Origin: Sphaerodactylus townsendi
Lineage: Eukaryota
Direction of reading: 5' to 3'
NCBI RefSeq assembly: GCF_021028975.2
Contig: NC_059425.1
Coordinates: 171,554,001-171,618,000, forward strand
DNA length: 64,000 nt
Shown: positions 1 through 11,731 of the stretch, piece after piece
Layout of the letters: the number at the start of each line of letters is the position of its first letter
Position numbering within the stretch: the stretch's first letter is position 1
Position numbers and translations under genes: made by a program
The notes under the pieces: model-generated
Told to the model about the DNA's origin: nothing
The model's input: the letters and a program-made list of their open reading frames with translations, nothing else
Database searches by the model: none

Positions 1-3000
1 ACACAGAACAACTTGAAGCGGGGAAATGATCAGTTTCCGTTTTGTGTGTCTGCTTGGAGACAGAACTGTTGACTTTAATGTTCAGCTGAGACTCTTTCTT
101 GGTCGCTGCAGAAGAAGGTCTGACGTTTAACTCAGTCCGCTCACAAAGCACTGGTTTATTTTCAACTTTGGGCTGAAGTTCTTTATTCTCAACCACACAC
201 TTCCTGGACTGAATTGAAGTGATGTGCACTGCAGGTTCACTCACCGTGGGCCATCTGTTTTCTGGATGACATGTAGATATGTTCCCCGGTGTCTGTGTTG
301 GGGCGTGAGGATGATCAGTGCTACTCGAGCCCAGATCGTGTAAAGAAAGGGTTGATGCATCCACGTCTCTCGTTTCATCTTGCCTTTTCTCTTGTAACTG
401 GTTTACTGCTTGTGTATCCTCTTTCCGGCGTACTGAGGTGCAGTGAATGAAGAGAGGTGAGATAGACATAGAGTCTTTTGGCAACACACCTTGGCTGCTC
501 TCGCTTTTGCTTTCTGAGTAGGAAAGCTGCTCGGCACTGGAGCTGTCTGATGATTTGAAACCAAGGTTATGGGTGTCGTTGACTAATTTCCTGACGTCTC
601 TTGGCTGATGTTTTCTTATCTTTCCTCTGCTTTCCATCTGGGGGGCCTCGATCAAGTGGAGTGTTTCATCAGAGCATATTTTGCCAGAAGTTGGAAAAAC
701 CAGCGATGAAAATTTCGTACTCTGAGCTGCGGGCAACCTCCTGGTATTGGAATCTCTGTCTAAAGACAAGTGCTTGAACGCATTTAGAACATTGGGCTGT
801 TCATTTGTAACCTGAGGGATGAGTTTCATTTCTTTGGTTTTGGATGTGAAGGTATTCCTGGAGGTATCTTTGGCTGCCACAAGGCTTTTAGTTTTGAAGG
901 GGATCTTCTCTTCTTTCGCCTGGGTGTATTTGTTCTGCCGAATGGCTCGCTGTTTCAGGTTTGGCCAAGGCTTTGGCGTCTTGGCAAATTTTGGGATTGC
1001 GCCTGTGGTTTTAGTATCATCTTGCATGGACTCAAACACAGCCCGGGCTCTCCGGTACTCTTTTCTCTCTCCAGTTGCCGGTTTTCTTGTGTTGCTTGAT
1101 TCTATCAGCTTTACATCATCGTCTGCCAAGACAGGGAGTCTCATCAGTTGACTGGCTTCTTGATATTTCATCCTCTCGTTCAGCTCATTAAATGTCTTTT
1201 TCAGTTTGCAGACATTCTCCCTCAGTTGTTCATTCAACACAACACCTTTCGTTGGCCTGACGGCGCAGATGCCCTTGTTATTCACGGCCACGGGCTCAGA
1301 TCTCTCGCTGGTAGAATGACTTTGCACATCCTCGGTTGAAAAGCTGCAGTCTGATTTGGACAAAGAACTTGACTTGCCTTCTAAACTGTCCCCCTGGAGG
1401 TCTGTGCTAACGGAGGACGGGACAGAGGAGGTGGAGCTGCCTCGGACAGACCCTTGCTCCGTTTTGATCCGTTGTTCGTACTGCATTTTTTTAGCCAAAA
1501 CGTTTTTCACCAGACTTGAAGCCATCCTAGTTTTGCTGTAAGAACTGTTCAGAGAGGCTGCCCTCATAAATTGCTTATAATTGAGCCTAAACTCATCACT
1601 GATAGTCCTACCCTTTATGCACGACTCTTTCCTTGGTTGTGTGAATGGCTGGAGGATAGCACAGTCACCAGCGGCACAAAAGCCTGTGTCTTTCTTCTCC
1701 TTCCGCCTCAACTGAATCTGACGTTTGGGCACCATTCTTTTTTTACAAAGGCTCCTTCTCCCATCAGCATTGTCTAGTGTGACGTCAACACACTCAAAGT
1801 GTTCCTTCCCCAGTGCACTAGCACACAAGTCCTTCTCTGGGGCCTTGTTGGCTGATGGGAACTGCCAGCTTCCTTTAGTGTGGTTAACCACCACTGTTTT
1901 CCTTGGGTCGCTACACGTTGGCCACCTGTTCATTCCAATATTGTCTTCCGGCAAGGAATTGGACAGGCTGGATGACGTCCTGTTACTGGAACTGTACATA
2001 TCTAAGTAACTGCCTTGGGGACACGAGAGGCTCTGGAAAGACAGGGCGGTAAGTTTCTCTACTTCGTTATCAGCCTCATCAGAGTCACTCAGCACACTCA
2101 AATTTTCTCCAAAATATTTGGGGCATGCTGCTTTGCTACTTACAGGACCATGAGCTCGACCAGCAAGGACGTTTTTCTTCAGCTTGCGGACATTGGGGAA
2201 CATTTCCTTGGATTTCTCAGAACCGAACTGTGTAGGGCAATCCAAGTATTTAGATCCGCCGTCTCCTGGCTGCAGCCTTCTTGTGACTGGACCCATGCTG
2301 CTGCTGCACACTGGGTCCGAGCTATTCTTAGATTTGATTGACATCTGAACCTGTTGGCTCTCCTTGTCACTGGGACAGAGTCCGTCTCTGCAGGTTTGAT
2401 CTTTTATAGCACCATTTCTGCCCGCCTGCAGGCTCTGGGGTCTCATGTCTTGGACTGCCAACGAGCCTCCGAAAGCCTTGCTTCCATTTACAGCAAAATG
2501 AGCGTGAATTCCTTCAGATGTAGCAACATAAGTATCAGCTTCCCCTTCGCTGTCTCCACCTGGATCTTGTAAGGCCTTGCCAAAGCTGTTCAGAGTCCCA
2601 TGAAGTTGGCTGCCTGTGCCCTTGGAAACTTTGTTCCTGTCGACGGGGCTTGCCTGACCTGCAGAGAGGATTGGTGTTGCTGTTACGCTGTCCTGCTTGT
2701 ACTCGGAGTCACAGTAAGTGCGCTGCTCGGTATGATCTCCAGGTTCTTCGAAGTACTCGACGCAGTCCTTAAAACTCTCTGCTTCCTCTGAGCACAGAGC
2801 TGTACGGTAAGAGGAACCAGATGTCTCAGAAGTGTGGTCTCCCTTGGAATGGGTAGAAACGTGACTGTCCTTCTCGGGAGAAAAATGGCTGCACCCGTAG
2901 TGGTTGAAATGTTCTTCAGTCAGTCCGCCGGGCTCAGGAGAAATCTGGCCATCCCTTGCCACACAGGAGAACATTTTTATGCTGTAGCCCATGTGAATCC

Positions 3001-3127
3001 GAGCTGGGAACAATGGGAGGCTGGATCCGGTTTTATCCTTGTGGCTGGGGCTGTTCCCAGTCAAGCTGAGAATCTGATCTTCTGGATGAAGCTCATGTTC
3101 CACCCTCTCCCTGTTTAATCCAGTCAT
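1..3127 (-). CDS. PROB1: Proline-rich basic protein 1-like (DUF4585 family, related to C4orf54/C10orf71); large coding exon, 3' end beyond the window
   Basis: Reading frame from ATG 3127 (in-frame TAA just upstream, A at -3), spot-checked open in several segments down to position 1; absent from the ORF track, consistent with no stop in the window. Family motifs: SETSGSSYRTA, SVLSDSDEADNEVEKLTALSFQSLSCP, SKTRMASSLVKNVLAKKMQYEQRIK, RDVRKLVNDTHNLGFK. Its position downstream of SPATA24 matches PROB1. Polypyrimidine tract and AG acceptor at 3176-3177. Confidence 0.8.
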   Translation of the reverse strand, partial: MTGLNRERVEHELHPEDQILSLTGNSPSHKDKTGSSLPLFPARIHMGYSIKMFSCVARDGQISPEPGGLTEEHFNHYGCSHFSPEKDSHVSTHSKGDHTSETSGSSYRTALCSEEAESFKDCVEYFEEPGDHTEQRTYCDSEYKQDSVTATPILSAGQASPVDRNKVSKGTGSQLHGTLNSFGKALQDPGGDSEGEADTYVATSEGIHAHFAVNGSKAFGGSLAVQDMRPQSLQAGRNGAIKDQTCRDGLCPSDKESQQVQMSIKSKNSSDPVCSSSMGPVTRRLQPGDGGSKYLDCPTQFGSEKSKEMFPNVRKLKKNVLAGRAHGPVSSKAACPKYFGENLSVLSDSDEADNEVEKLTALSFQSLSCPQGSYLDMYSSSNRTSSSLSNSLPEDNIGMNRWPTCSDPRKTVVVNHTKGSWQFPSANKAPEKDLCASALGKEHFECVDVTLDNADGRRSLCKKRMVPKRQIQLRRKEKKDTGFCAAGDCAILQPFTQPRKESCIKGRTISDEFRLNYKQFMRAASLNSSYSKTRMASSLVKNVLAKKMQYEQRIKTEQGSVRGSSTSSVPSSVSTDLQGDSLEGKSSSLSKSDCSFSTEDVQSHSTSERSEPVAVNNKGICAVRPTKGVVLNEQLRENVCKLKKTFNELNERMKYQEASQLMRLPVLADDDVKLIESSNTRKPATGERKEYRRARAVFESMQDDTKTTGAIPKFAKTPKPWPNLKQRAIRQNKYTQAKEEKIPFKTKSLVAAKDTSRNTFTSKTKEMKLIPQVTNEQPNVLNAFKHLSLDRDSNTRRLPAAQSTKFSSLVFPTSGKICSDETLHLIEAPQMESRGKIRKHQPRDVRKLVNDTHNLGFKSSDSSSAEQLSYSESKSESSQGVLPKDSMSISPLFIHCTSVRRKEDTQAVNQLQEKRQDETRDVDASTLSLHDLGSSSTDHPHAPTQTPGNISTCHPENRWPTVSEPAVHITSIQSRKCVVENKELQPKVENKPVLCERTELNVRPSSAATKKESQLNIKVNSSVSKQTHKTETDHFPASSCSV

Positions 3128-4568
3128 GATTTAAAAAAAAAAAACCCCAAGCAACCTCCTGGCAGCGTCATGTGCCTGAGAAGCTTGCGGAGGAAAATAG
3201 AAACGCATAAATAACAGCGTGCTATAAAAACACATACATCAGTAAACAAACAAAATATCAACGCCATATTTGCTTTCTTTTTCTCCAGAGCAACTCCCTC
3301 AGAAATTTAGAGGAGCGATGCCCGTGTTTCAGAAGGCAAACGTGATTTGAAATAAAATGTAGCTGGGAGACAGCTATGTGAATAAATAGCAACCAAGAGC
3401 AACCGTAACTAGCGGTATTAAAAAATGCAGCCGTCAGCTGACATCGCATTTTCTCCGCAAGAAGAGAGCTTTCCACCACAAGTGCTTTAGTAATATTTAA
3501 TTTATTTATTTATTATATATTAGATTTTAAACTGCCCATCCTCGAAGGGCTCTGAGCGGCGTACAGCAGGCCTGCAACAACAATACATAATAACATTAAA
3601 CACAGCAGGCTAAAAACAACATTTTACACAGAAAAACTAGTGTAATTTAAAACAATTTACAAATCTATAACCATAAAACGCAGCAGCAGCAATAAGATAT
3701 AATACACCTTAATTGATAATAATTTCTAAAACCACGCTAAGTTTTGGTCCTCAGAGTGATGGAGTAAAGGCAACAAAGAGCCTCCGGGGTTACTGCTCAC
3801 AGAACTTCATTCCATCACACTTCCTGTAATCTGTAGATGAGAGCCAAAAATTAGGAAAATTACTGGAACGTCACATTCTGAACTTTCAGTTCCAAGCCAA
3901 AAAATGCCACCGGCCCTGATGTTCTGTGGATAAGAGATTTATGCTGGCATATCTATGGTGCACCCCCTATACTTGAATTACCAGTTAGAGGGGCAACTGA
4001 GTTCTGCCAGAAGTGGTAATCCGGAGTACACTGGGGTTGGACCCCTTGGCTACTGGGTACAGTGATGCAGAACACTGGAACAAGGTGCCATCATTACAGT
4101 AAAAAACTAGCATTATTCTTTGTTTTGGTTTGCTACTACCTCTGTCATAACAACAGGATTATATTTAATGACAATGGCTCAAATCCAAAGCTCGTTTGCT
4201 ACTCTTGCAAGAGCTCTTATTTGCTCCTCCCACTGCACTCCCCTGCCCCAGTCCCATGTCCTCTAAACTGTTCCTGGAGGTCCCCTGCTGACGCTTCAGG
4301 CAATATCTCAGGGAACACAATGAACTGTGGTGGGAATGAAAAGGTTGGAAAGTTTTATTCCACTTGCTGATTTCTGCTCATCCAACTTTAGATCCAAGCC
4401 AATAACTGTGCATCATATGCAGACATAGAATCATGTAGTCATAACAGCGTCGTTAGGTATTTTATCAAGCAGCAATTAGATTGAACAAATAAATCAAAAC
4501 TTCAGCCCTTTAGATGTACTGTACTTTAGAAACATCTCAATACCCCATGACTTTTACATAAATGTAAC

Positions 4569-4704
4569 CAGTGGTGGGATTCAGCAGGTTCGCACCACTT
4601 TGGCAGAACCGGTTGTTAAAATGGTGCTTGTAAACAACCAGTTGTTAAATTATTTAAATCCCGCCACAGGAACCGGTTGTTAAATTACTGTAATCCCACC
4701 ACTG
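4569..4704. mobile_element. Non-autonomous hAT-type MITE (TIR CAGTGGTGGGATT)
   Basis: TIR cagtggtgggatt...aatcccaccactg; 8-bp TSD aatgtaac/gatgtaac; related copies at ~23993-24185, 33750-33850, 47910-48049. Confidence 0.75.
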
Positions 4705-6446
4705 GATGTAACCAACATGATCAGTCTTATCTGGCCTTTTGCTTCCTACGGACACATTTGATTAAAATAAGTATAACCATTTCTTCACAATATTTTTGAC
4801 TCCTCTTCATTTCAAATATCCCATACTCCCATCATAAATGCCTGGCCTTATATCAGTCTTTACTGCAAGCAGCTGAGTGATGGTAAAACTTCAGCAGTTT
4901 GATTTGATAACCAGACCAAGTGGTCCACCGCATCATTATCGAACGAGTTGTACCGTTTATCACGTGAGTTCTCATTCCTCACGAGGGAAATTATTACCCC
5001 TGCCTTAAGCCCCCTTTCATCCTTGCCAAAGACACAGCCCTGATCTGGTATGTAGCGGCGGCGAAATACCACTGATTATTTTACATTGTGCTTCTGCTGA
5101 GTTGAAATTCAAGACAAGTAACAATTTAAACTAGATGCAGACAAGTGGACTAAAGGAGACTCCAGACAAGGCTTAAGGAATTACGGCTGCTGGCTTTGTG
5201 CCTTCCATCGTCTCTCGAGAGCAAGCCAGGTTTACAGCCTGGGCGGTACGGGGTCAGTAGTTGTACCTTGAGGCTTAAATCACGGTGGTGGTGGTGGTGG
5301 TGGTCAGGATTGCTTCTCACACATAGTATTTCAAAGAAGGCTATGATTACTTCTTCCAAATGTGGCTCTTATGAACATACTTCATTTACTGCAACCTGAC
5401 TCTTGTAACATGGTCTCTGTCGGCTCAGTCGGCACTTGATGCAGAATGTATCAGCCTGCCTCACATCAGGAAGGGGTCAGAAAAAAAAACCACATGATAA
5501 ACACCACTGTGTTTGCACTGGATTCCTGTAGCCCTGTGTGCTTAATTTGGGATTTTGTTATTGTCTTCTAAAGGTCTAAATGTTTTGGGTTCTGACACCA
5601 GGCCAGAAAAAAACATTTAGGATTTTCCCAATCCTATTCATAGAGACTTTTCCTGCCTTCCACACGGGAAAAGGTCCTCTTCAGCTGCACAAACTTTCAA
5701 CACACTAAGATCAAATTTTATCCAGCTCTATCGTCACATTATAACTATTTCAGGTGATTTCAGGATGGTCAGTTCAGGTAAATATTGTCAATTGAGGGCG
5801 AGTTGCTGATTTGCTATTGGTCAAACATCTCTTGAAGGCACCAATTCCGCTCCACAGTTGGCATCCCCCCCCCCCCCCCAAATTTGTTACTAAGGGAAGG
5901 ACAGAAGGCTTCTAACTCTGCAGCAATTCTGGACAAACTTGACACCACAGTAAAACCTCTCCTCCAGGCCACCGGTTATACCTGAATGCATCTCGAAATG
6001 GTTACACATATGCAGCTGTCAGTGATAAGGGTCATTTCTGATAATAGTTTTGCACATTATGCAATACACAGGTTGAGTCCGGTTTCCACATCTATAATAA
6101 ATGAAAGTTGCAGGTTCTCAGTTCCAGTTTGTGGTGTGCACAATTCACAATATTGTGGTGTGCACAATTCACAATATGAATGCAGTGCCTCCGCCTTCCA
6201 CTATTTACTCAATCTGAAACATTTTACACTGATGAGTTTCTTCAAGGGGGCCAAACAGCACCTTCCAACCAGTTCAAGTATGAAAATGGTGAGTGTTTTG
6301 TATGGAGGGGGTTGAAGCTCCTTCCCCACATGCAACACAGCTGCAATCTCAATTGGACACCATAACTCACATCTGTTACACAAGACACAGGGTGGGGACC
6401 CTGACTTCAAGCTACATGCCCCACAGTGTATGAAAGGTATAGCTGA

Positions 6447-6747
6447 GAGAGCCAGCATGGTGTAGTGGTTAAGAGCAGGTGGATTCTAATCTGGAGAACA
6501 GGGTTTGATTCCCCATTCCTCCACCTGAGTGGCAGAGGCGTATCTGGTGAACCAGATGTGTTTCTGCACTCCTACATTCCTGCTGGCTGAGCTTGGGCTA
6601 GTCACAGTTCTCTCTGAGCTCCCTCAGCCCCACCAACCTCACAAGGAGTCTGTTGCAGGGAGAGGAAGGGAAAGGAGTTTGTAAGCCACCTTGAGTCTCC
6701 TTACAGGAGAGAAAGGTAGGGTATAAATCCAAACTCTTCTTCTTCTC
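6447..6747 (+). mobile_element. tRNA-derived squamate SINE
   Basis: Head with A box (tggtgtagtgg) and B-box-like ggtttgattccc; (CTT)n tail; homologous copies at 11296-11598 and 29086-29328 (minus). Confidence 0.75.
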
Positions 6748-8019
6748 ATGCCGTAACCAGCATCTTTTCCTCTTCATGCCACCTGGCTGCCTGCAGCATT
6801 CCTATGAATGAGTGGACTCAAGGCTGAAAGAATTAGCCCATCGCTGACTTAACACAAGCCCTTCTTTTCAGGTGATAAAAAACAGCCAAGCTTTGGGTAG
6901 CACTACAGACAGAAAGCATTTCCACCAGCAGAACAGGACCTCCAATGCCTCTCCTGCTCCAGCCCAAAATGTCCAAAATGCTGCTCCTTGGGTCCTCCAC
7001 ATCCTTCCACAAGTGGAAGTTTACCACATGATCCAAGGCCACGACTCAGCCACATTGGTAGAGCTCATTGGTAAAAATTATAATTCACTACTTTTGAAGA
7101 GGTTAACTTTGTTTTGCAGCAGTTGATTTCATTCCTCTGAGACAATGATTAAAACAGTCTTCAATAGTTCAAATCAAGTTAATAGTTTAAAATACTGATC
7201 ACATGACCTAATCTTGTTTGGTTCTCTTTGCTCTGTAATTGGCCATTTTGGCTTCACTGCAACTGTGAAAGAATGCAAAAGAACGTGCATGATGGGAAAA
7301 CAGTACTTTCCTTCTTCTTTTAAATGATCAATAAGAATACTTTAGAAATATGTTCCTATTCCTACAACCTGAAGCTGAAAGCTAGGATTTCTTCATGGGA
7401 GTATCTGTTGGCTATGCAAGCAGTTTCCATTGTGAACAGAGCCGTTTATAGCCTCTGACACGATCCCACCAACCACGATTCAGAGTTATCAACACCAAAA
7501 TTGTACTGCAGATCTGCTTTCCAAAACAAATGTGTGGCTCTTGCTACCTTTCCATCTATTTGATGATAACCATGTGCTCTAGTTGAAGAGACCCAAGTTC
7601 AAGTTACCGCTCTGGCATGAAAGCTCATTAAAAAAAGCAGCAGAGCAGTTGGCTGAAGAAGGCTCCATTTCAAGCTGTAGACAGAAACTTTCACAACCAA
7701 TGCAACTACTCTAGGATGCAATCCTGAACATACGTTCATGTTTCACTTAAATCGGCAGGACTTTTATGTAATTATGGCTTGTAAATCCATGTACAGCAAG
7801 TGGGGCTATAAGCCTTCGAAGTATCTGGGCATGTACATGACTATTTTCTGATGGAGACACAATTTAAACCTTTACTCTCTCAGATCAGCTCTTACAAGAG
7901 TATACTATCTCCTCTTTATAATTACTTCATTTTTGTATTGTTGAAGGCTTTCACAGCCGGAATCACTGGGGTGTTGTGGGGTTTCCAGGCTGTATGGCCA
8001 TGTTCCAGTAGCATTTGAA

Positions 8020-8062
8020 CCTGACGTTTCGCCTGCATCTGTGGCTGGCATCTTCAGAGGAT
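8020..8062 (-). ncRNA. Minimal type-I hammerhead ribozyme motif (Penelope pLTR)
   Basis: Minus strand reads atccu-CUGAAGA-u-gcc(agccacagaugca)ggc-GAAA-cg-UC-agg: conserved core, 3-bp stem II, palindromic ACGU stem III, stem I ccu/agg. Confidence 0.6.
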
Positions 8063-8078
8063 CTGATGGTACCATCAG

Positions 8079-8122
8079 ATCTTCTGAAGATGCCAGCCAC
8101 AGATGCAGGCGAAACATCAGGA
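8079..8122 (+). ncRNA. Second, slightly decayed hammerhead ribozyme motif
   Basis: Plus strand atcttCTGAAGAtgcc...ggcGAAAcaTCagga; stem III ACGT changed to ACAT (CpG-type transition). Confidence 0.45.
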
Positions 8123-8669
8123 GAAAATGGTACTGGAACACAACCATACAGCCCAGAAACCCCACAATACTTCATTTTTGATGTTGCATGACACTAAATG
8201 TTATCATTTATTGTGTTTCCATTGATCAAGTCAACTCATACAGCTTAAAGAAGAATATAAATATGCACTGAAACAAGAATAAATTAAGAGATGAAACAAA
8301 GCGAATTCATTATTAAGGCCCCTGAAAGTGTTACGGTTTTAGAAAAGGCATAAAATTAGGAGAGTCGGATCCAAACCAAGTGAATTAAGGAGAACGAGGA
8401 GAAAACTCAGAATCAAGCCACTGAAGATACACAGTTTAGGAAATCCACAGGGAGTTTTGACAAGATATGTTCTGGGAATTCCCTTCTGGCAGCTTAATTT
8501 CCAAGTGTCCACGGGCTTGATCCACATCAGAGCCACAGCATCTACTGTAATTCACTCTACATAGGTCTCCCCTCGAAGTCAGCTCAGTGACTCCAACTGG
8601 TGCAGAATGCCAGAGCTCACCATTATCAGGAGCTAGGCAGAGCATGAACCCTAACCCTAACTCCCATTC

Positions 8670-9100
8670 TGCCCCGCAGTTAACAGGCTCGATTCAAAGG
8701 CACTGGTTTATCACATGCAAAGCCCTTCGTGGCTTTGGGCATTCGTATCTCCAGGATTGCTTCTCACAAGGCTCAACCATTACAGCTTTGCTGATCTGAG
8801 TAAGGGATTCTGCAGGTGCTACCTAGCAAATGGGCAAAAAGTCAACTGTCTGATCCTGTGCACTGTCTGCTGTGGTGCTCACCTTATGGAACGGTCTACT
8901 TGATGAGAGCAGGAAGCCTCTCACTCTCCTGGCATTCCAAAAACCATGCAAGAAAGAATTATTCAGGAGGGCTTTTTCATACAGGTAATAAGGATGTACC
9001 AAATGGTTCAGAAAGATTCTTTGGTAATGATATGGGGGCTGTGATCTGTACTACTGTGTTTAACACATGCTGTCGGTTGATATATGATCTTAATATGTAA
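8670..9100 (+). mobile_element. Decayed L2/CR1-type LINE 3' fragment
   Basis: Translates to ITCKALRGFGHSYLQDCF, resembling the L2 ORF2 C-terminal KALHGLGPxYLxD motif. Confidence 0.5.
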
Positions 9101-9130
9101 TTTCTGCATCATTTAACATACCATGTTAAT

Positions 9131-9290
9131 CAGGGACAGAGCAAGGGGGAAGTGCGCCCGGTGTGCGCGCACGTTGCGCGCCCCTCCAAGCCCCCCCGGA
9201 ACGCCCCATCCCGCCCCCTGGAATGCCTCCGCAGGGGCGCCCATCTGGTGCGTCGCGGACCTCCCCCACCCCCTTGGCACTACGTCTCTG
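9131..9290. mobile_element. GC-rich hAT-type MITE
   Basis: CAG...CTG ends with perfect 8-bp TSD atgttaat; related element 13274-13432 (TSD ggagaggg/tgagaggg). Confidence 0.7.
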
Positions 9291-11295
9291 ATGTTAATGC
9301 TTATACTTTGTGCTGTTTCAGGTTTCTGCGGTCCAAATTCTCTTACATTGTTGATTGTATTGACTTGTGCTGCATAAGCTGACTTGAGCAAAGTGTACTA
9401 TAAGCAATGTAAATAAACATTTATAACTGCTCCATAATACCTCTTTACTTCTCCTCTTCAAAGATGGATCTGGAAAAAAGAATTCTTAGCATTCCCTTTT
9501 TTGGAATGTATTTTGCCTGAAACCAAGAAAGTAAAGTTGCTGCACTAATACAGGAGCTACTTAATGTGATTCTTTCCCATCTTTTTTATTTGTTTTGTGG
9601 TGTTCCACATCTCGTTTCCACGTCTGGTGTGTCACATCTATTCTACCTTGCAGAGTTGTTGTGAGGATAAAACGGAGAAAAGGAGGACAATGCAAGCTGC
9701 TTTGGTTCCCACTAGGGAGGTCTAATTAAAGTAAATAAATAAATAGACATAGAGGGCAGCTATGCTCTTCACAGTGAACTAGACTTCTTTTTCAATATTC
9801 AAGTTTGTGCCAGACAACGCGGGCAACAAAACCCCTATTGACATACAGCTGCTAAATTAGGGAGGATAAAATTACCTTTGGAAGTACTTGGACGACCAGC
9901 GCAACACGAGTTCTTGTGAATATTTCAGTATCTAAATGTCAGGAGGTTTTAATCAGCCCAACTTCCCAAGCGTCATCTCAATACTGAAGCCAAGCCAAGA
10001 TAGCTGAAACACCTTTGACACACCAGCTTAGCTTGCTGATTCACAGCGCAGGGATCCAACCTATTCCCAAAAAGCATGCCAAAACCGCTGCAGTTCTGGC
10101 TCTGAACTTTGTTTAGAGCTCGGGACAAAACAACTTTTCAGAGTCTTGTGTTCCGAAAATGGAAAAGCTTGAATCAGACTTTCTTCTTTTCGGTGCAAAA
10201 GATGAAGGCATGGCAGGCAAACAAGCAAACTGCAAGAGTAGCAGCAGTTATAGCACAGAATGAGTTGTAGAGGACTACTCTTACTGGAAACTATAGTAAA
10301 GGGTTTTTTTTAAAAAAAAAAAAAGTCCAGTAAAGTAACAGCAGCAGGTGCTAATCCACTGGAGCCATGCCAGGACCATACGTTACTGGATACCCTGGGT
10401 CAGATGGGTTCACCAATGCAGCTAATTTTAAAGTCTTGGGAATTAAAAATACTAGAGACAAGCTGAATTACAATTAACTTTTAAAGTGACAATAAAATGT
10501 TTAACGGGGGCTTTTTTTGGCCTGTTCTGTTTTTAATTACATAGCTGAGAGTTGTGGGGGTTTTTTTGTTTTTGGTTTAAAAAGGCATGCTGAGAAATGT
10601 CCCACCCCCTACAAAGTATCTAGTACTTGGATGTCATGTAGGCCACGGTGGGAGTGGTAAATAAAGCCTGCATAAGCCAGAGGGCCAAATTACCTTCACG
10701 ATCAGGATCCAAAGTGGAAATGTTACAGATGCCACACATTGTGTAGTGCACAGGTGTCAAACTCGCGGCCCTACAGATGTTATGGGCTACAGTTCCCATC
10801 ACCCCCTGCCACATAATTAGATTAAGTACTCACATAATTAGATTCTGCACAGCAACGGACGTATGTTCTGGAGGAATACTGCATTTTCTTCACTACGGAG
10901 CAACCGGGGCTTCATCTGGGTCAGGGTAAGCTACAGAATATTTTCAGTCACTAGAACTGACTTATGAGAGAGATGAACACGTGCCATATAATCTTCCTTC
11001 ATCACTGAGCAATATCACTATTTCTACACATGCGGCTTTCAGAATGGATGGCAGGGCTCCCAAGTGGGCATAAACCCCAGGGCTGATCACTGCTACAGAA
11101 ATCAGTCAAGCAACACAAAAATGTCCAAGGGCCAATTCTGAGTTTCAGCCACACAGTTAGACTCTTTGTTGCTGAACTGAAGGGACCTTCACTTTCTTCC
11201 TTACAAACTGAGACCTGGTCTGTACATCTAGCAACAAGGTAATGGAGCTCTGAGGTGGCTCTTCAGAGTGAAGGTACTGGATCAAATTTTTGAAC

Positions 11296-11598
11296 AAGAA
11301 GAAGAGGAGGAGGAGGAGGAGTTTGGATTTATACCCCACTTTTCTGTCCTGTAAGGAGACTCAAGGTGGCTTACAAGCTCCTTTCCCGTCCTCTCACCAC
11401 AACAGACACCTTATGAGGTAGGTGGGGCTAAGAGAATTCCAAAGAACTGTGACTAGCCCAAGGTCAACCAGTAGGAATGTAGGAGTGTAGAAACGCATCT
11501 GGTTCACCAGATAAGCCTCTGGCACTCAGGTGAAGGAGTGGGGAATCAAAACCGGCTCTCCAGATTAGAATCCACCTGCTCTTACCCACTACACCATG
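11296..11598 (-). mobile_element. tRNA-derived squamate SINE
   Basis: Reverse-complement homolog of 6447-6747, with (GAA/GGA)n tail on the plus strand. Confidence 0.75.
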
Positions 11599-11731
11599 CA
11601 AATGGTATATAGAACAGCACTTTAGGAAGCACATTTTCAGTATACCTGTCTTGTTTGTGTGCTCTCTTATCATACGGCCACTGTCACAAATATTACACCC
11701 ATGCGTACTTGGAGTACGCATGGGTGTAATA

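Larger units (their letters stand above)
7936..8170. mobile_element. Penelope-like element remnant: inverted pair of pseudo-LTRs
   Basis: Imperfect ~100-bp-arm palindrome centred on gatggtaccatc (8065-8076); same terminus (tgttgaaggctttcacagccggaatcactgggg) recurs at 16557 and, diverged, at 23645 and 31028. Confidence 0.7.

Noticed and set aside
819-3118. Cluster of plus-strand ORFs
   Set aside because: Antisense shadows of the long minus-strand PROB1 exon; no recognisable domains
5381-5455. Possible PROB1 upstream non-coding exon (minus), and a possible donor near 9875
   Set aside because: Splice-like signals exist but cannot be told from chance without transcript data
6447-6520. Possible tRNA genes (also 46468, 52884)
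   Set aside because: A/B boxes are SINE heads followed by repeat bodies; no full cloverleaf
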